Below are positions 1-11,773 of a stretch of DNA of 64,000 nt, piece by piece. The position numbers and the translations under genes were made by a program. This stretch comes from Macrostomum lignano (Eukaryota), in contig NIVC01001781.1 of assembly GCA_002269645.1 (NCBI GenBank), positions 119,318 to 183,317 of the forward strand, read 5' to 3'. Below the pieces are notes generated by a model. The model saw only the letters and a program-made list of their open reading frames with translations. It did not search any database and was not told where the DNA came from. The stretch's first letter is position 1; each line of letters begins with the position of its first letter.

Positions 1-1014
1 GGCCAATTCCTCAGACCAGTTTGAGCCACTCGACTCAGAATCATCATCCAGATGTTCCAGCCGCAGTTGTCGCTGAAGGTGACAAAGTCGCTGGTCGCTT
101 CTGCTGCATGGCAGTTTCAGCCAATTGGGACTCCAACCACGCCAACAGACTGCCTGGGGGGGTGTGGAGTGCACTCTCCATCACAATATAATAGCAGCAG
201 ATGCCAGAGGGCACAGAGACAGGGCACAATGACAGAAATACCCATCCTTCCACTGCGTAAATGGGAAATCAGAGGGCACCGTTAGAGCATCGACGCGCTC
301 TCTGTGCACCTGATTGTGCTGACAGTCTGTCACCAGGATGCAGTTATTGTGAGTCACCACGGATCGGCCGTTAGGCGCCCTCTGATTTGACATTCACGCC
401 CTTAGAGCGTACATGTAGCTATTAATACACTATTAGTTAGGGCGGGCAAAATGCCATTTCCAGTTTGAACTAATCAGTAAGAGAGACAGGAGAGAACTAG
501 TTGACTGCTTCTCTGCCACACTGCTCAGAAAGTCGCTATACGTGTAGTGATGGCGAATTGACGCATGCTCCAATACACACGAGAATTATAGTTCTGTAGA
601 CTTACCCGGCTACAAAAAGTTTAGCTAATGCGAGTACAAATTTAATCAGTCTCTCTATCCAACCTCTCGCAAAGATTTTTTAAACGGAATATATAACTGT
701 AACTGATATTTCTTTATCTATAACTGAGTGCTTCGAGCCGAATAAAGCGCATATATGCGATACGTATGCAAAAAATTCGCATGCAGTGTCCAGGACTTGC
801 TCGACAGTCCAAGAAACAGAATAATCATTTAAAACTCGCTACGTGCGAACAGGCAATTGCAGAGCAATAAAGTTAAAACCATTTTATTAGTTAAATAAAG
901 TTCTATGAACTGCTCTGATCTGTCTTGCATTCAATCACGACGAGAAAGTCCTCATCAGTCCCACTGGCGCCAGCTAAAATCTGCACTAAACGACATCGTT
1001 GGAGTCTTAGAGCC

Positions 1015-2353
1015 ATGTTCCTGGCAGTGGCAGTGTACTGCTCTTCAGTCGTGCTGATCATCCTGTCAACAACATCCGCCAGCAGCCCTCAGCCTATCAA
1101 CGACATAGTCAGCATGTGAGAGCCTGCTAAATCTAGATCAAATTATTAACAGTATGTTGCCATGCCAACTGCACGAAAAGCATTTCTCTGTTCACCGCAG
1201 GCCACAAAAGCCCAGCACTGTGGAGACGGACAGCAAAGCTACAAAGAATTTCCAACAAAATCGTCAGCCCACGCTGAATGCTGGCCACTCAATTAGCCAA
1301 AATCCGTCTACATCGCACTCGGTCGACAAAGACTTGAAGACTTCACCGACGACTCTGCAGTACCGCGAGAGGTGCTGGCACGCGAATTTCAGCAGCCCGG
1401 AGCGCCGCCCGGTCGACCACACGCCGCGGCCGTTCCTGCTCGGCGAATCTGCCGCTCGGTGCCGCGGCGACATCTTCCTGCTAATAGCCGTGCAGTCGGC
1501 GGTGCAGCACCGGGCCCGCCGCGACCTGATCCGCACCAACTGGGCCACCGTCACCAACATCGGTGGCGACCGACTCCAGACGGTGTTCTTCGTCGGTACG
1601 ACAAACGATAAACGACAAGCGGAGGCGCTGCGTCGAGAGAGCGACAGTCGAGCTGACATTGTGCAGGCCGACTTCGTGGACACCTACCGGAACCTCACCT
1701 ACAAGCACCTGTACGCGCTCAGGTGGATCGCCGAGTCCTGTCGCTCGGTGCGCTACGTCATGAAGGTCGACGACGACGTTGTGTTGAATGTGTTCAGGCT
1801 GCGGGAGTCTCTGCGCGAGCTGGTCGGCTCGAGGACCGACGACTTCTTCTACTGCCAGGTGCGAGACGCTCTGATTTTAGTAGGATTTAGTATCCACATT
1901 GATTGAGCGTCAATGTTAATGCATTGCTCGATCCTCTAGGTGATTAGGTCAAAGCCCATAAGAAATCGTCGGCACAAGTGGTACGTGGCCTACGAGGAGT
2001 GGCCGGGCGATCGCTACCCTGACTACTGCAAGGGCTTCGGCTACGTGATGAGCTTCGGTCTGATTGAGAAGCTGCACCAGTGCGCCAAGTGGCGGCGGTA
2101 CTTCTGGATCGACGACGTGTTCGTGTCGGGGGACCTGGCGAGCGCGCTGGGAGCTCCGCGCATCCAGTGGGAGGACGGCTGGGGCGCCAAGCGGCTGCAC
2201 CCTCGGCTGGCGGGTCCGGAGGCGAACCAGATGGTGCTGGCCAACGCGGATGGGAACTTCATGGTGCCTTCGTTGAATCGGCGAGTGTGGCGAGCCATCG
2301 TCAGGTTCAGCGACTGGGGCTGGGAGGACGGCGATGCAGTCTATTCGGAATAG
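1015..2353 (+). CDS. GT31-family beta-1,3-glycosyltransferase (galactosyl/GlcNAc-transferase-like), join(1015..1115,1201..1858,1940..2353), 390 aa
   Basis: N-terminal hydrophobic signal-anchor MFLAVAVYCSSVVLIIL; GT31 motifs RRDLIRTNW, DIVQADFVDTYRNLTYK, MKVDDDV (DxD), YPDYCKGFGY and WIDDVFVSG. GT-AG introns 1116-1200 and 1859-1939 keep the frame. An extra upstream exon cannot be excluded. Confidence 0.9.
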
Positions 2354-2989
2354 TGTCCCGATGCTTTATCAGGGACTGCTATGGTAAATTTATATCGCAG
2401 AGGTCCCAGGTTTTATGTAGTTTTATGTAACGAATCTTCTGAATTAAAAGAAAGCATGTCTTTTACTGAGGTGCACTGCACAAATGCAGCAAGTTTTTTT
2501 CATAACTCGCTAGGTCTCAAACAAACACATTTTTGGGTGGAAATTTTCGTCGTTCCTTACAGATAGAGGCGTAAATTTGAATTTATTGCTCCAGCTCTGC
2601 GTGGTTGACTCATTGATCGTACAATACGGTAAACTAATACGATAAATGAACACTCGAAATAAGCGTGAGAACCTGCTGCAGTTTTTGGTATGAGCGTATA
2701 TTAGCCATGATTGCTCTGAACGTTTCGAAAGTTAAACTCAGAACTGCCAGAATATACTCGTAATTGCCGAAAACATGCCTATATTTCTGTATCCCATGTA
2801 TTGCAATTCCACATACTTTATAAACTTAGGCGAGTTGAGATAACGGGTCAGGTAAAAATAAATTGATAAGCAGGAAAGCTTTTCGAAATAGTCTATGCTA
2901 GTTTTGTGAGTTTAAAGGTTCTGCTTAAGCGAGCTGACATGTCATTTAAGTTTGCTTCATATTGGACAGCTAAATCGGAAAGCTAAAAT

Positions 2990-5011
2990 CGGACAGCGAG
3001 AGTTGAAATCCTAGGACATATTCTAACCAGCGAAGGAGTCTAGATCGATCCGGAGAAGATGCGAAGCATCAAGGACATGCCGCATCCGAACAGTTACTCC
3101 CAGATATCTGAAAAAGCCGCGCAACTACAAAGATTTATCGAAGTTCATACCAAATTTCTCAGCGCTTGCTTCACCTTTGCGACAGTTACTGAAAAAAGAT
3201 GTAGCGTGGAACTGGGGAAAACGGCAGGAAGAAGCATATGAAGCAATTAAGGAATCACTGTGCAAAGCTCCACTATTGGGACAATTTAACCCAGATCAGA
3301 GTGTCATTCTAAGTGTAGATGCCAGTAAAGATGGACTCGGAGCCGCTTTGATGCAAGACGGACACGTCATTGAATACGCATCGTCATCGACGACTCCTGC
3401 TCAAAAGAAATATGCTCAAATCGAAAAAGAATTCTTGGCAATAGTCTTTAGATGTCGCAGATTTCGACAATACTTATGGGGTCGGCACGTACAGGTTGAA
3501 TCAGATCACAAGCCCCTGCAATTCATTATGAAAAAGCCACTGAGTGAACTATCAGCTCGACTGCAGCGACTAGCTTTGAAAATTCAAGAATTCGATCTCA
3601 ATGTGACGTATGTACCCGGAAAAGAACTATACCTTGCGAATACAATAAGCCGCGCTTATCTGAAATCCGTACATTCATCCAATGATATTGATGATGACAT
3701 TCAGTGCCAGACAACTTGCTAAAGGACATCCAGCATCACACAAATGCTGACGATTTATGTCATATGCTAAAGGACCAGATTCGAGAGGGTTGGCCAGATG
3801 CCAAATCCCAAATAGCTGAAGAACTGAAGCCATTCTGGAATATTCGGCATGAACTGATGGAGAATGACAGACTCATATACAAGAGCAGCAAATTATTCAT
3901 TCCTGATGCAATGCGAAGACAAATGCTTCAAATCCTCCATGAAAGTCATCAAGGCGTGGAAAAGACGTTGAAGGCTACTGAATCTGTATTTTGGCCTCGA
4001 ATGCGCCATGACATTTAGCAATACATTTCTTCATGCGAAAAATGCCAAAGTTACCAAGCTCTTCATCAAAAAGAATCCATGAAAATGGTTGAAATACCTG
4101 AGTATCCATTTCAAGAGTGTGGAACTGACATTTTCTATTGGAAAGGGGAAACACACATTGTCCTGGTTGACAGGTTAAGTCGATGGATCTGCACTGATAA
4201 GATCACGACTACATCAGTAGAGTGCGTCATAAAACAGCTGTCACAATATTTTGCTACCTATGGTACTCCAGAAGTGATAAGATGTGACAACGGACCTCCA
4301 TTTGGATCCAACAGGTTTAAAGAGTTTGCTGAACAGAAAGGTATACGAATTAGGACATCGTCGCCAAAATATCCACAATCAAATGGCCTATCAGAAAGAG
4401 CTGTTCAGACAGTTAAAGGATTTCTAAACAAAGCAGAAGATATAAATTGTGCATTACTACACTATCGGAATACGCCAATTGAAAGAGGGCTACCGACACC
4501 GGCTGAGCTAGTGATGGGACGAAAGCTCAGATATCAACTGCCACTGCCCATTGAACAGCTGAAACCAAGACAAGTCTGGACAAAACGTGAACTAGAGATT
4601 TTGGCAGAGAAGAACAGTAAACAGGCATTCTACTACAATCGCACTGCACGAGACCTACGACCGTTTAAAGAAGGAGATCAGGTGTGGATGCAAGAAGATC
4701 GAAGACAATGGATTCTTGCAGAAATCGTGAAATCCGATGTCACTGACCCAGACAGGTCATACAAGTTCGAACTGCTACAGGTCGTGAATTCAGACGAAAT
4801 CGCAGATTTCTGGCAAAGCGCAATACAGACCGCAGAATGCAGACCATACCAGAGTATTCAAGGATTCAACTACCTAATCAGGATTCTAACAATCGAACGA
4901 TTCAGACTTACAGCTCAGACGCTCGTGCATCCGATACAGTACACAATTCACAGCTGGATTCTGGAAAATCTGGTGGAACAAAATACATTGCACGATATGG
5001 ACGTGAAGTGA
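2990..5011 (+). mobile_element. Decayed, 5'-truncated Ty3/Gypsy LTR-retrotransposon pol (RT C-terminus, RNase H, integrase)
   Basis: RT end VEILGHILTSEGV*IDPEK (TAG 3041-3043); RNase H VDASKDGLGAALMQ..YAQIEKE..VESDHKPL; integrase H-H-C-C (LHESHQG..CEKC, interrupted by TAG 4016-4018) and D,D,E core (GTDIF, RCDNGPPF, SNGLSERAV). RT-RH-INT order is Gypsy-type. Frameshifts separate the 3059, 3177 and 3704 ORFs. Confidence 0.92.
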
Positions 5012-5118
5012 AGCCAACTCAATTTTACAAGGCTACATAATTATATGCACTCAAACTGAACTAACTGACAATGCCATTTTCATTCATTCATCCATTAATG
5101 CGTATGACAATTCTTTTT

Positions 5119-8100
5119 GGAAAAAAGGGATGTCGCAGACAGACCGAATTAATTGTTGTCTATGACCTTAGCTTTATGTCTTTATAAGCTAAATATACGA
5201 GAGCTGCAGATACGAACTAAGCGCAGCACAGACGGCTATGCCGTAATATAACATTCATATCCGAAACATAACGCAGTCACTTCAGCATCCACTGTCACCA
5301 GAAGGAAACATCCTGTTAACAGCTCTGTTCACTTCAGCATCCACTGTCACCAGAAGGAAACATCCTGTTAGCCTCTGATCACTTCAGCATCCACTGTCAC
5401 CAGAAGGAAACATCCTGTTAACAGCTCTGTTCACTTCAGCATCCACTGTCACCAGAAGGAAACATCCTGTTAACAGCTCTGTTCACTTCAGCATCCACTG
5501 TCACCAGAAGGAAACATCCTGTTAGCCTCTGATCACTTCAGCATCCACTGTCACCAGGAGGAAACATCATGTTAGCCTCTGATCACTTCAGCATCCACTG
5601 TCACCAGGAAACATCCTGTTAGCCTCTGATCACTTCAGTATCCACTGTCACCAGGAAACATCCTGTTAGCCTCTGATCATTTCAGTATCCACTGTCACCA
5701 GAAGGAAACATCCTGTTAGCCTCTGATCACTTCAGTATCCACTGTCACCAGGAAACATCCTGTTAGCCTCTGATCATTTCAGTATCCACTGTCACCAGAA
5801 GGAAACATCCTGTTAGCCTCTGATCACTTCAGTATCCACTGTCACCAGGAAACATCCTGTTAGCCTCTGATCATTTCAGTATCCACTGTCACCAGAAGGA
5901 AACATCCTGTTAGCCTCTGATCACTTCAGCATCCACTGTCACCAGAAGGAAACATCCTGTTAGCCTCTGATCACTTCAGTATCCACTGTCACCAGGAAAC
6001 ATCCTGTTAGCCTCTGATCACTTCAGTATCCACTGTCACCAGAAGGAAACATCCTGTTAGCCTCTGATCACTTCAGCATCCACTGTCACCAGGAGGAAAC
6101 ATCATGTTAGCCTCTGATCACTTCAGTATCCACTGTCACCAGGAAACATCCTGTTAGCCTCTGATCATTTCAGTATCCACTGTCACCAGAAGGAAACATC
6201 CTGTTAGCCTCTGATCACTTCAGTATCCACTGTCACCAGGAAACATCCTGTTAGCCTCTGATCACTTCAGTATCCACTGTCACCAGAAGGAAACATCCTG
6301 TTAGCCTCTGATCACTTCAGTATCCACTGTCACCAGGAAACATCCTGTTAGCCTCTGATCATTTCAGTATCCAGTCACCAGGAAACATCCTGTTAGCCTC
6401 TGATCATTTCGTATCCACTGTCACCAGAAGGAAACATCCTGTTAGCCTCTGATCATTTCAGTATCCACTGTCACCAGAAGGAAACATCCTGTTAGCCTCT
6501 GATCACTTCAGTATCCACTGTCACCAGAAGGAAACATCCTGTTAGCCTCTGATCATTTCAGTATCCAGTCACCAGGAAACATCCTGTTAGCCTCTGATCA
6601 TTTCGTATCCACTGTCACCAGAAGGAAACATCCTGTTAGCCTCTGATCATTTCAGTATCCACTGTCACCAGAAGGAAACATCCTGTTAGCCTCTGATCAT
6701 TTCAGTATCCACTGTCACCAGAAGGAAACATCCTGTTAGCCTCTGATCACTTCAGTATCCACTGTCACCAGGAAACATCCTGTTAGCCTCTGATCATTTC
6801 GTATCCACTGTCACCAGAAGGAAACATCCTGTTAGCCTCTGATCACTTCAGTATCCACTGTCACCAGGAAACATCCTGTTAGCCTCTGATCACTTCAGTA
6901 TCCACTGTCACCAGAAGGAAACATCCTGTTAGCCTCTGATCACTTCAGCATCCACTGTCACCAGGAGGAAACATCATGTTAGCCTCTGATCACTTCAGTA
7001 TCCACTGTCACCAGGAAACATCCTGTTAGCCTCTGATCATTTCAGTATCCACTGTCACCAGAAGGAAACATCCTGTTAGCCTCTGATCACTTCAGTATCC
7101 ACTGTCACCAGGAAACATCCTGTTAGCCTCTGATCACTTCAGTATCCACTGTCACCAGAAGGAAACATCCTGTTAGCCTCTGATCACTTCAGTATCCACT
7201 GTCACCAGGAAACATCCTGTTAGCCTCTGATCATTTCAGTATCCACTGTCACCAGGAAACATCCTGTTAGCCTCTGATCATTTCGTATCCACTGTCACCA
7301 GAAGGAAACATCCTGTTAGCCTCTGATCATTTCAGTATCCACTGTCACCAGAAGGAAACATCCTGTTAGCCTCTGATCACTTCAGTATCCACTGTCACCA
7401 GGAAACATCCTGTTAGCCTCTGATCATTTCGTATCCACTGTCACCAGAAGGAAACATCCTGTTAGCCTCTGATCACTTCAGTATCCACTGTCACCAGGAA
7501 ACATCCTGTTAGCCTCTGATCATTTCGTATCCACTGTCACCAGAAGGAAACATCCTGTTAGCCTCTGATCATTTCAGTATCCACTGTCACCAGAAGGAAA
7601 CATCCTGTTAGCCTCTGATCACTTCAGTATCCACTGTCACCAGAAGGAAACATCCTGTTAGCCTCTGATCATTTCAGTATCCAGTCACCAGGAAACATCC
7701 TGTTAGCCTCTGATCATTTCGTATCCACTGTCACCAGAAGGAAACATCCTGTTAGCCTCTGATCACTTCAGTATCCACTGTCACCAGAAGGAAACATCCT
7801 GTTAGCCTCTGATCACTTCAGTATCCACTGTCACCAGGAAACATCCTGTTAGCCTCTGATCATTTCAGTATCCACTGTCACCAGAAGGAAACATCCTGTT
7901 AGCCTCTGATCACTTCAGTATCCACTGTCACCAGAAGGAAACATCCTGTTAGCCTCTGATCACTTCAGTATCCACTGTCACCAGAAGGAAACATCCTGTT
8001 AGCCTCTGATCATTTCAGTATCCAGTCACCAGGAAACATCCTGTTAGCCTCTGATCATTTCGTATCCACTGTCACCAGAAGGAAACATCCTGTTAGCCTC

Positions 8101-9653
8101 TGATCACTTCAGTATCCACTGTCACCAGAAGGAAACATCCTGTTAGCCTCTGATCACTTCAGTATCCACTGTCACCAGGAAACATCCTGTTAGCCTCTGA
8201 TCACTTCAGTATCCACTGTCACCAGAAGGAAACATCCTGTTAGCCTCTGATCACTTCAGTATCCACTGTCACCAGGAAACATCCTGTTAGCCTCTGATCA
8301 TTTCAGTATCCACTGTCACCAGAAGGAAACATCCTGTTAGCCTCTGATCACTTCAGTATCCACTGTCACCAGGAAACATCCTGTTAGCCTCTGATCATTT
8401 CGTATCCACTGTCACCAGAAGGAAACATCCTGTTAGCCTCTGATCATTTCGTATCCACTGTCACCAGAAGGAAACATCCTGTTAGCCTCTGATCACTTCA
8501 GTATCCACTGTCACCAGGAAACATCCTGTTAGCCTCTGATCATTTCAGTATCCAGTCACCAGGAAACATCCTGTTAGCCTCTGATCACTTCAGTATCCAC
8601 TGTCACCAGGAAACATCCTGTTAGCCTCTGATCATTTCGTATCCACTGTCACCAGGAAACATCCTGTTAGCCTCTGATCATTTCAGTATCCACTGTCACC
8701 AGAAGGAAACATCCTGTTAGCCTCTGGTCACTTCAGTATCCACTGTCACCAGAAGGAAACATCCTGTTAACAACTCTGTTCACTCCAGCATCCACTGTCA
8801 CCAGAAGGAAACATCCTGTTAGCCTCTGATCATTTCGTATCCACTGTCACCAGAAGGAAACATCCTGTTAGCCTCTGGTCACTTCAGTATCCACTGTCAC
8901 CAGGAGACATCCTGTTAGCCTCTGATCACTTCAGTATCCACTGTCACCAGAAGGAAACATCCTGTTAGCCTCTGATCATTTCGTATCCACTGTCACCAGA
9001 AGGAAACATCCTGTTAGCCTCTGGTCACTTCAGTATCCACTGTCACCAGGAGACATCCTGTTAGCCTCTGATCACTTCAGTATCCACTGTCACCAGAAGG
9101 AAATATCCTGTTAACAACTCTGTTCACTCCAGTATCCACTGTCACCAGAAGGAAACATCCTGTTAGCCTCTGGTCACTTCAGTATCCACTGTCACCAGGA
9201 GACATCCTGTTAGCCTCTGATCACTTCAGTATCCACTGTCACCAGAAGGAAACATCCTGTTAGCCTCTGATCACTTCAGTATCCACTGTCACCAGAAGGA
9301 AATATCCTGTTAACAACTCTGTTCACTTCAGTATCCACTGTCACCAGAAGGAAACATCCTGTTAGCCTCTGATCACTTCAGTATCCACTGTCACCAGAAG
9401 GAAATATCCTGTTAACAACTCTGTTCACTTCAGTATCCACTGTCACCAGAAGGAAACATCCTGTTAGCCTCTGATCACTTCAGTATCCACTGTCACCAGA
9501 AGGAAATATCCTGTTAACAACTCTGTTCACTTCAGTATCCACTGTCACCAGAAGGAAATATCCTGTTAACAACTCTGTTCACTTCAGTATCCACTGTCAC
9601 CAGAAGGAAATATCCTGTTAGCGTCTGATTACTGGCGCTCCTCTGAAATGACA
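5119..9653 (+). mobile_element. Polypurine tract plus putative 3' LTR of the Gypsy element (TGTC...GACA) enclosing the 50-bp array
   Basis: GGAAAAAAGGGA (5119-5130) is immediately followed by TGTCGC at 5131. The candidate LTR end ATGACA (9648-9653) lies about 25 bp after the array. No 5' LTR was found, so the right end is tentative. Confidence 0.55.
5277..9630. repeat. Minisatellite, 47-52 bp unit (CACTTCAGTATCCACTGTCACCAGAAGGAAACATCCTGTTAGCCTCTGAT), about 4.35 kb
   Basis: Directly visible; unit spacing of 52 and 50 measured at 5281/5333/5383; recurrent indel variants. Confidence 0.98.
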
Positions 9654-10125
9654 GAAAGCACCCCTATAGAAAAATGTATAGATTTAATTGGCTTATGACT
9701 TACGCGAGTACTAACAGCAAATATTGCGGCATCAGCAACATGTTGCTTATCCGATATCCAATATATTTCACAAATGAGGCTTGCAAGCCTATTTCAATGG
9801 CTAATCCGAAGCGAAATCCTTTGCTGATCTGCTCATTTAAACAGCAAGGAAAGCGGGTTATAAGTTGTACAGAGAAAGTTTTTTTACACCGATAAACCCG
9901 AAAGCTTAGCGCTGGGAGACAGATTAACCATAATTGTATGCGCTACAGCGTCAAGTGAGGAAACACAAAGCAAAATATCATCAATGGCATTTTAGCTAGC
10001 GCAATTGTGGCTTTGTTAAATAATAATTTGATTGCGGAAAATTTCAAATTTCATTAACCACTAATGCTCATGGAAACTCAATATAACGGCATACGCCATT
10101 GTAAGCGGCTATATGAATATGAGTA

Positions 10126-10280
10126 GGAGTAGATGGGAGGGGAGTAGATGGGAGGGGAGTAGATGGGAGGGGAGTAGATGGGAGGGGAGTAGATGGGAGG
10201 GGAGTAGATGGGAGGGGAGTAGATGGGAGGGGAGTAGATGGGAGGGGAGTAGATGGGAGGGGAGTAGATGGGAGGAGTAG
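10126..10280. repeat. 15-bp minisatellite (GGAGTAGATGGGAGG)n
   Basis: About 10 near-perfect copies; source of the spurious YSPPI ORF. Confidence 0.95.
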
Positions 10281-10689
10281 ACAGGAACACGCTCAAGGGA
10301 AAAGGAAACCGATCGAATTCACAGCAAAGATCTACAGACTGGAGTTACACACAAGTGTTTCAGAACGCGAATAATTAACAAACCAATCAGATGAGACCAA
10401 TATCAGTAGTATTAATAGAATTGCAACGGTAGGCAGCGAGTGGCGCAAGCAACAAAAAGCATGTAAGATATTAAGGAACTTTTAAAACAAATTTTATTGA
10501 ATTTGATTTTTTAATAACAAGCACTAAGAGATACAGGTAGGAAAGTAGTACAACAAATTGTCATTTAGTAAATAAATATGTATAAAAAATTAGTACCTAA
10601 CACCTACCATCATACGGTAATAGTAGCATTATACTTAATTGCATATTTGCTACAGTATTAAGCAATGAAAATAGCTGTTTTTTGCCCTA

Positions 10690-11265
10690 TGTCTGCCCAT
10701 GTGTCTCTTTTGTCTGTCTGTCCATGTGTCTTTTTTGTCTGTCTGTCCATGTGTCTTTTTTGTCTGTCTGTCCATGTGTCTTTTTTGTCTGCCTGTCCAG
10801 GTGTCTTTTTTGTCTGCCTGTCCATGTGTCCTTTTTTTCTGCCTGTCCAGGTGTCTTTTTTGTCTGCCTGTCCATGTGTCCTTTTTGTCTGCCTGTCCAT
10901 GTGTCCTTTTTTCTGCCTGTCCATGTGTCCTTTTTGTCTGCCTGTCCATGTGTCCTTTTTGTCTGCCTGTCCATGTGTCCTTTTTGTCGGCCTGTCCAGG
11001 TGTCTTTTTTGCCTGCCTGTCCAGGTGTCTTTTTTGTCTGCCTGTCCAGGTGTCTTTTTTGTCTGCCTGTCCAGGTGTCTTTTTTGTCTGCCTGTCCAGG
11101 TGTCTTTTTTGTCTGCCTGTCCAGGTGTCTTTTTTGTCTGCCTGTCCATGTGTCCCTTTTATCTGCCTGTCCAGGTGTCTTTTTTCTGTCTGTCCATGTG
11201 TCCTTTTTGTATGTCTGACTGTCTGTCTGTCTTGGTGTCTGTCTCTGTCTGTCTGTCTGTCTGTC
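10690..11265. repeat. ~23-bp minisatellite (TGTCTGCCTGTCCA(G/T)GTGTCTTTTT) ending in (TGTC)n
   Basis: Directly visible, downstream of the Arp1 stop codon. Confidence 0.95.
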
Positions 11266-11773
11266 TAATTACTGTCTAAAATAATAATAGGTTATTATAA
11301 TGAACAACAGCAATGGATAGTCGAACAAAAAGATACCTATAAAAATCAACCAGTGAAAGCAATAACCAAACGTTTAACCAAGAGAAGAGCAAAGGAGATT
11401 TCTAAGAATTTTATATACGCATAAGTAGTGTGCATTCGCGTACAGACCAGTGAATGCAGCTTCGGTTTGCACGTTATTATACTTTGTACTCTAATTCAAC
11501 TATGAAAATGAATTACTATCAATGATAATATTCATAATATCGTCAATCATTTGTCGCAAATTTTCCAACACCGCCAATCATTCTCCAAGTTAGAGAGTAG
11601 AAGAAAGAATTAAATTAATCAGTTATTTTTGTAACAACGCCAAGACAAACGCGCCTACTATGAGTAGGCATCACCATTTCTTGTCGATAAATATAAAGAA
11701 CATATGTATAAATATGTATAAATATGCAAGGCTCTTACAATGGTCAAATTAGTCAAAGGGTTCACTCTCGAAA

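Noticed and set aside
44-393. Short overlapping ORFs at the window start
   Set aside because: No recognisable motifs or splice-consistent partner exons.
5277-9630. CRISPR-like array
   Set aside because: Units are contiguous with no unique spacers, there are no cas genes, and the context is eukaryotic.
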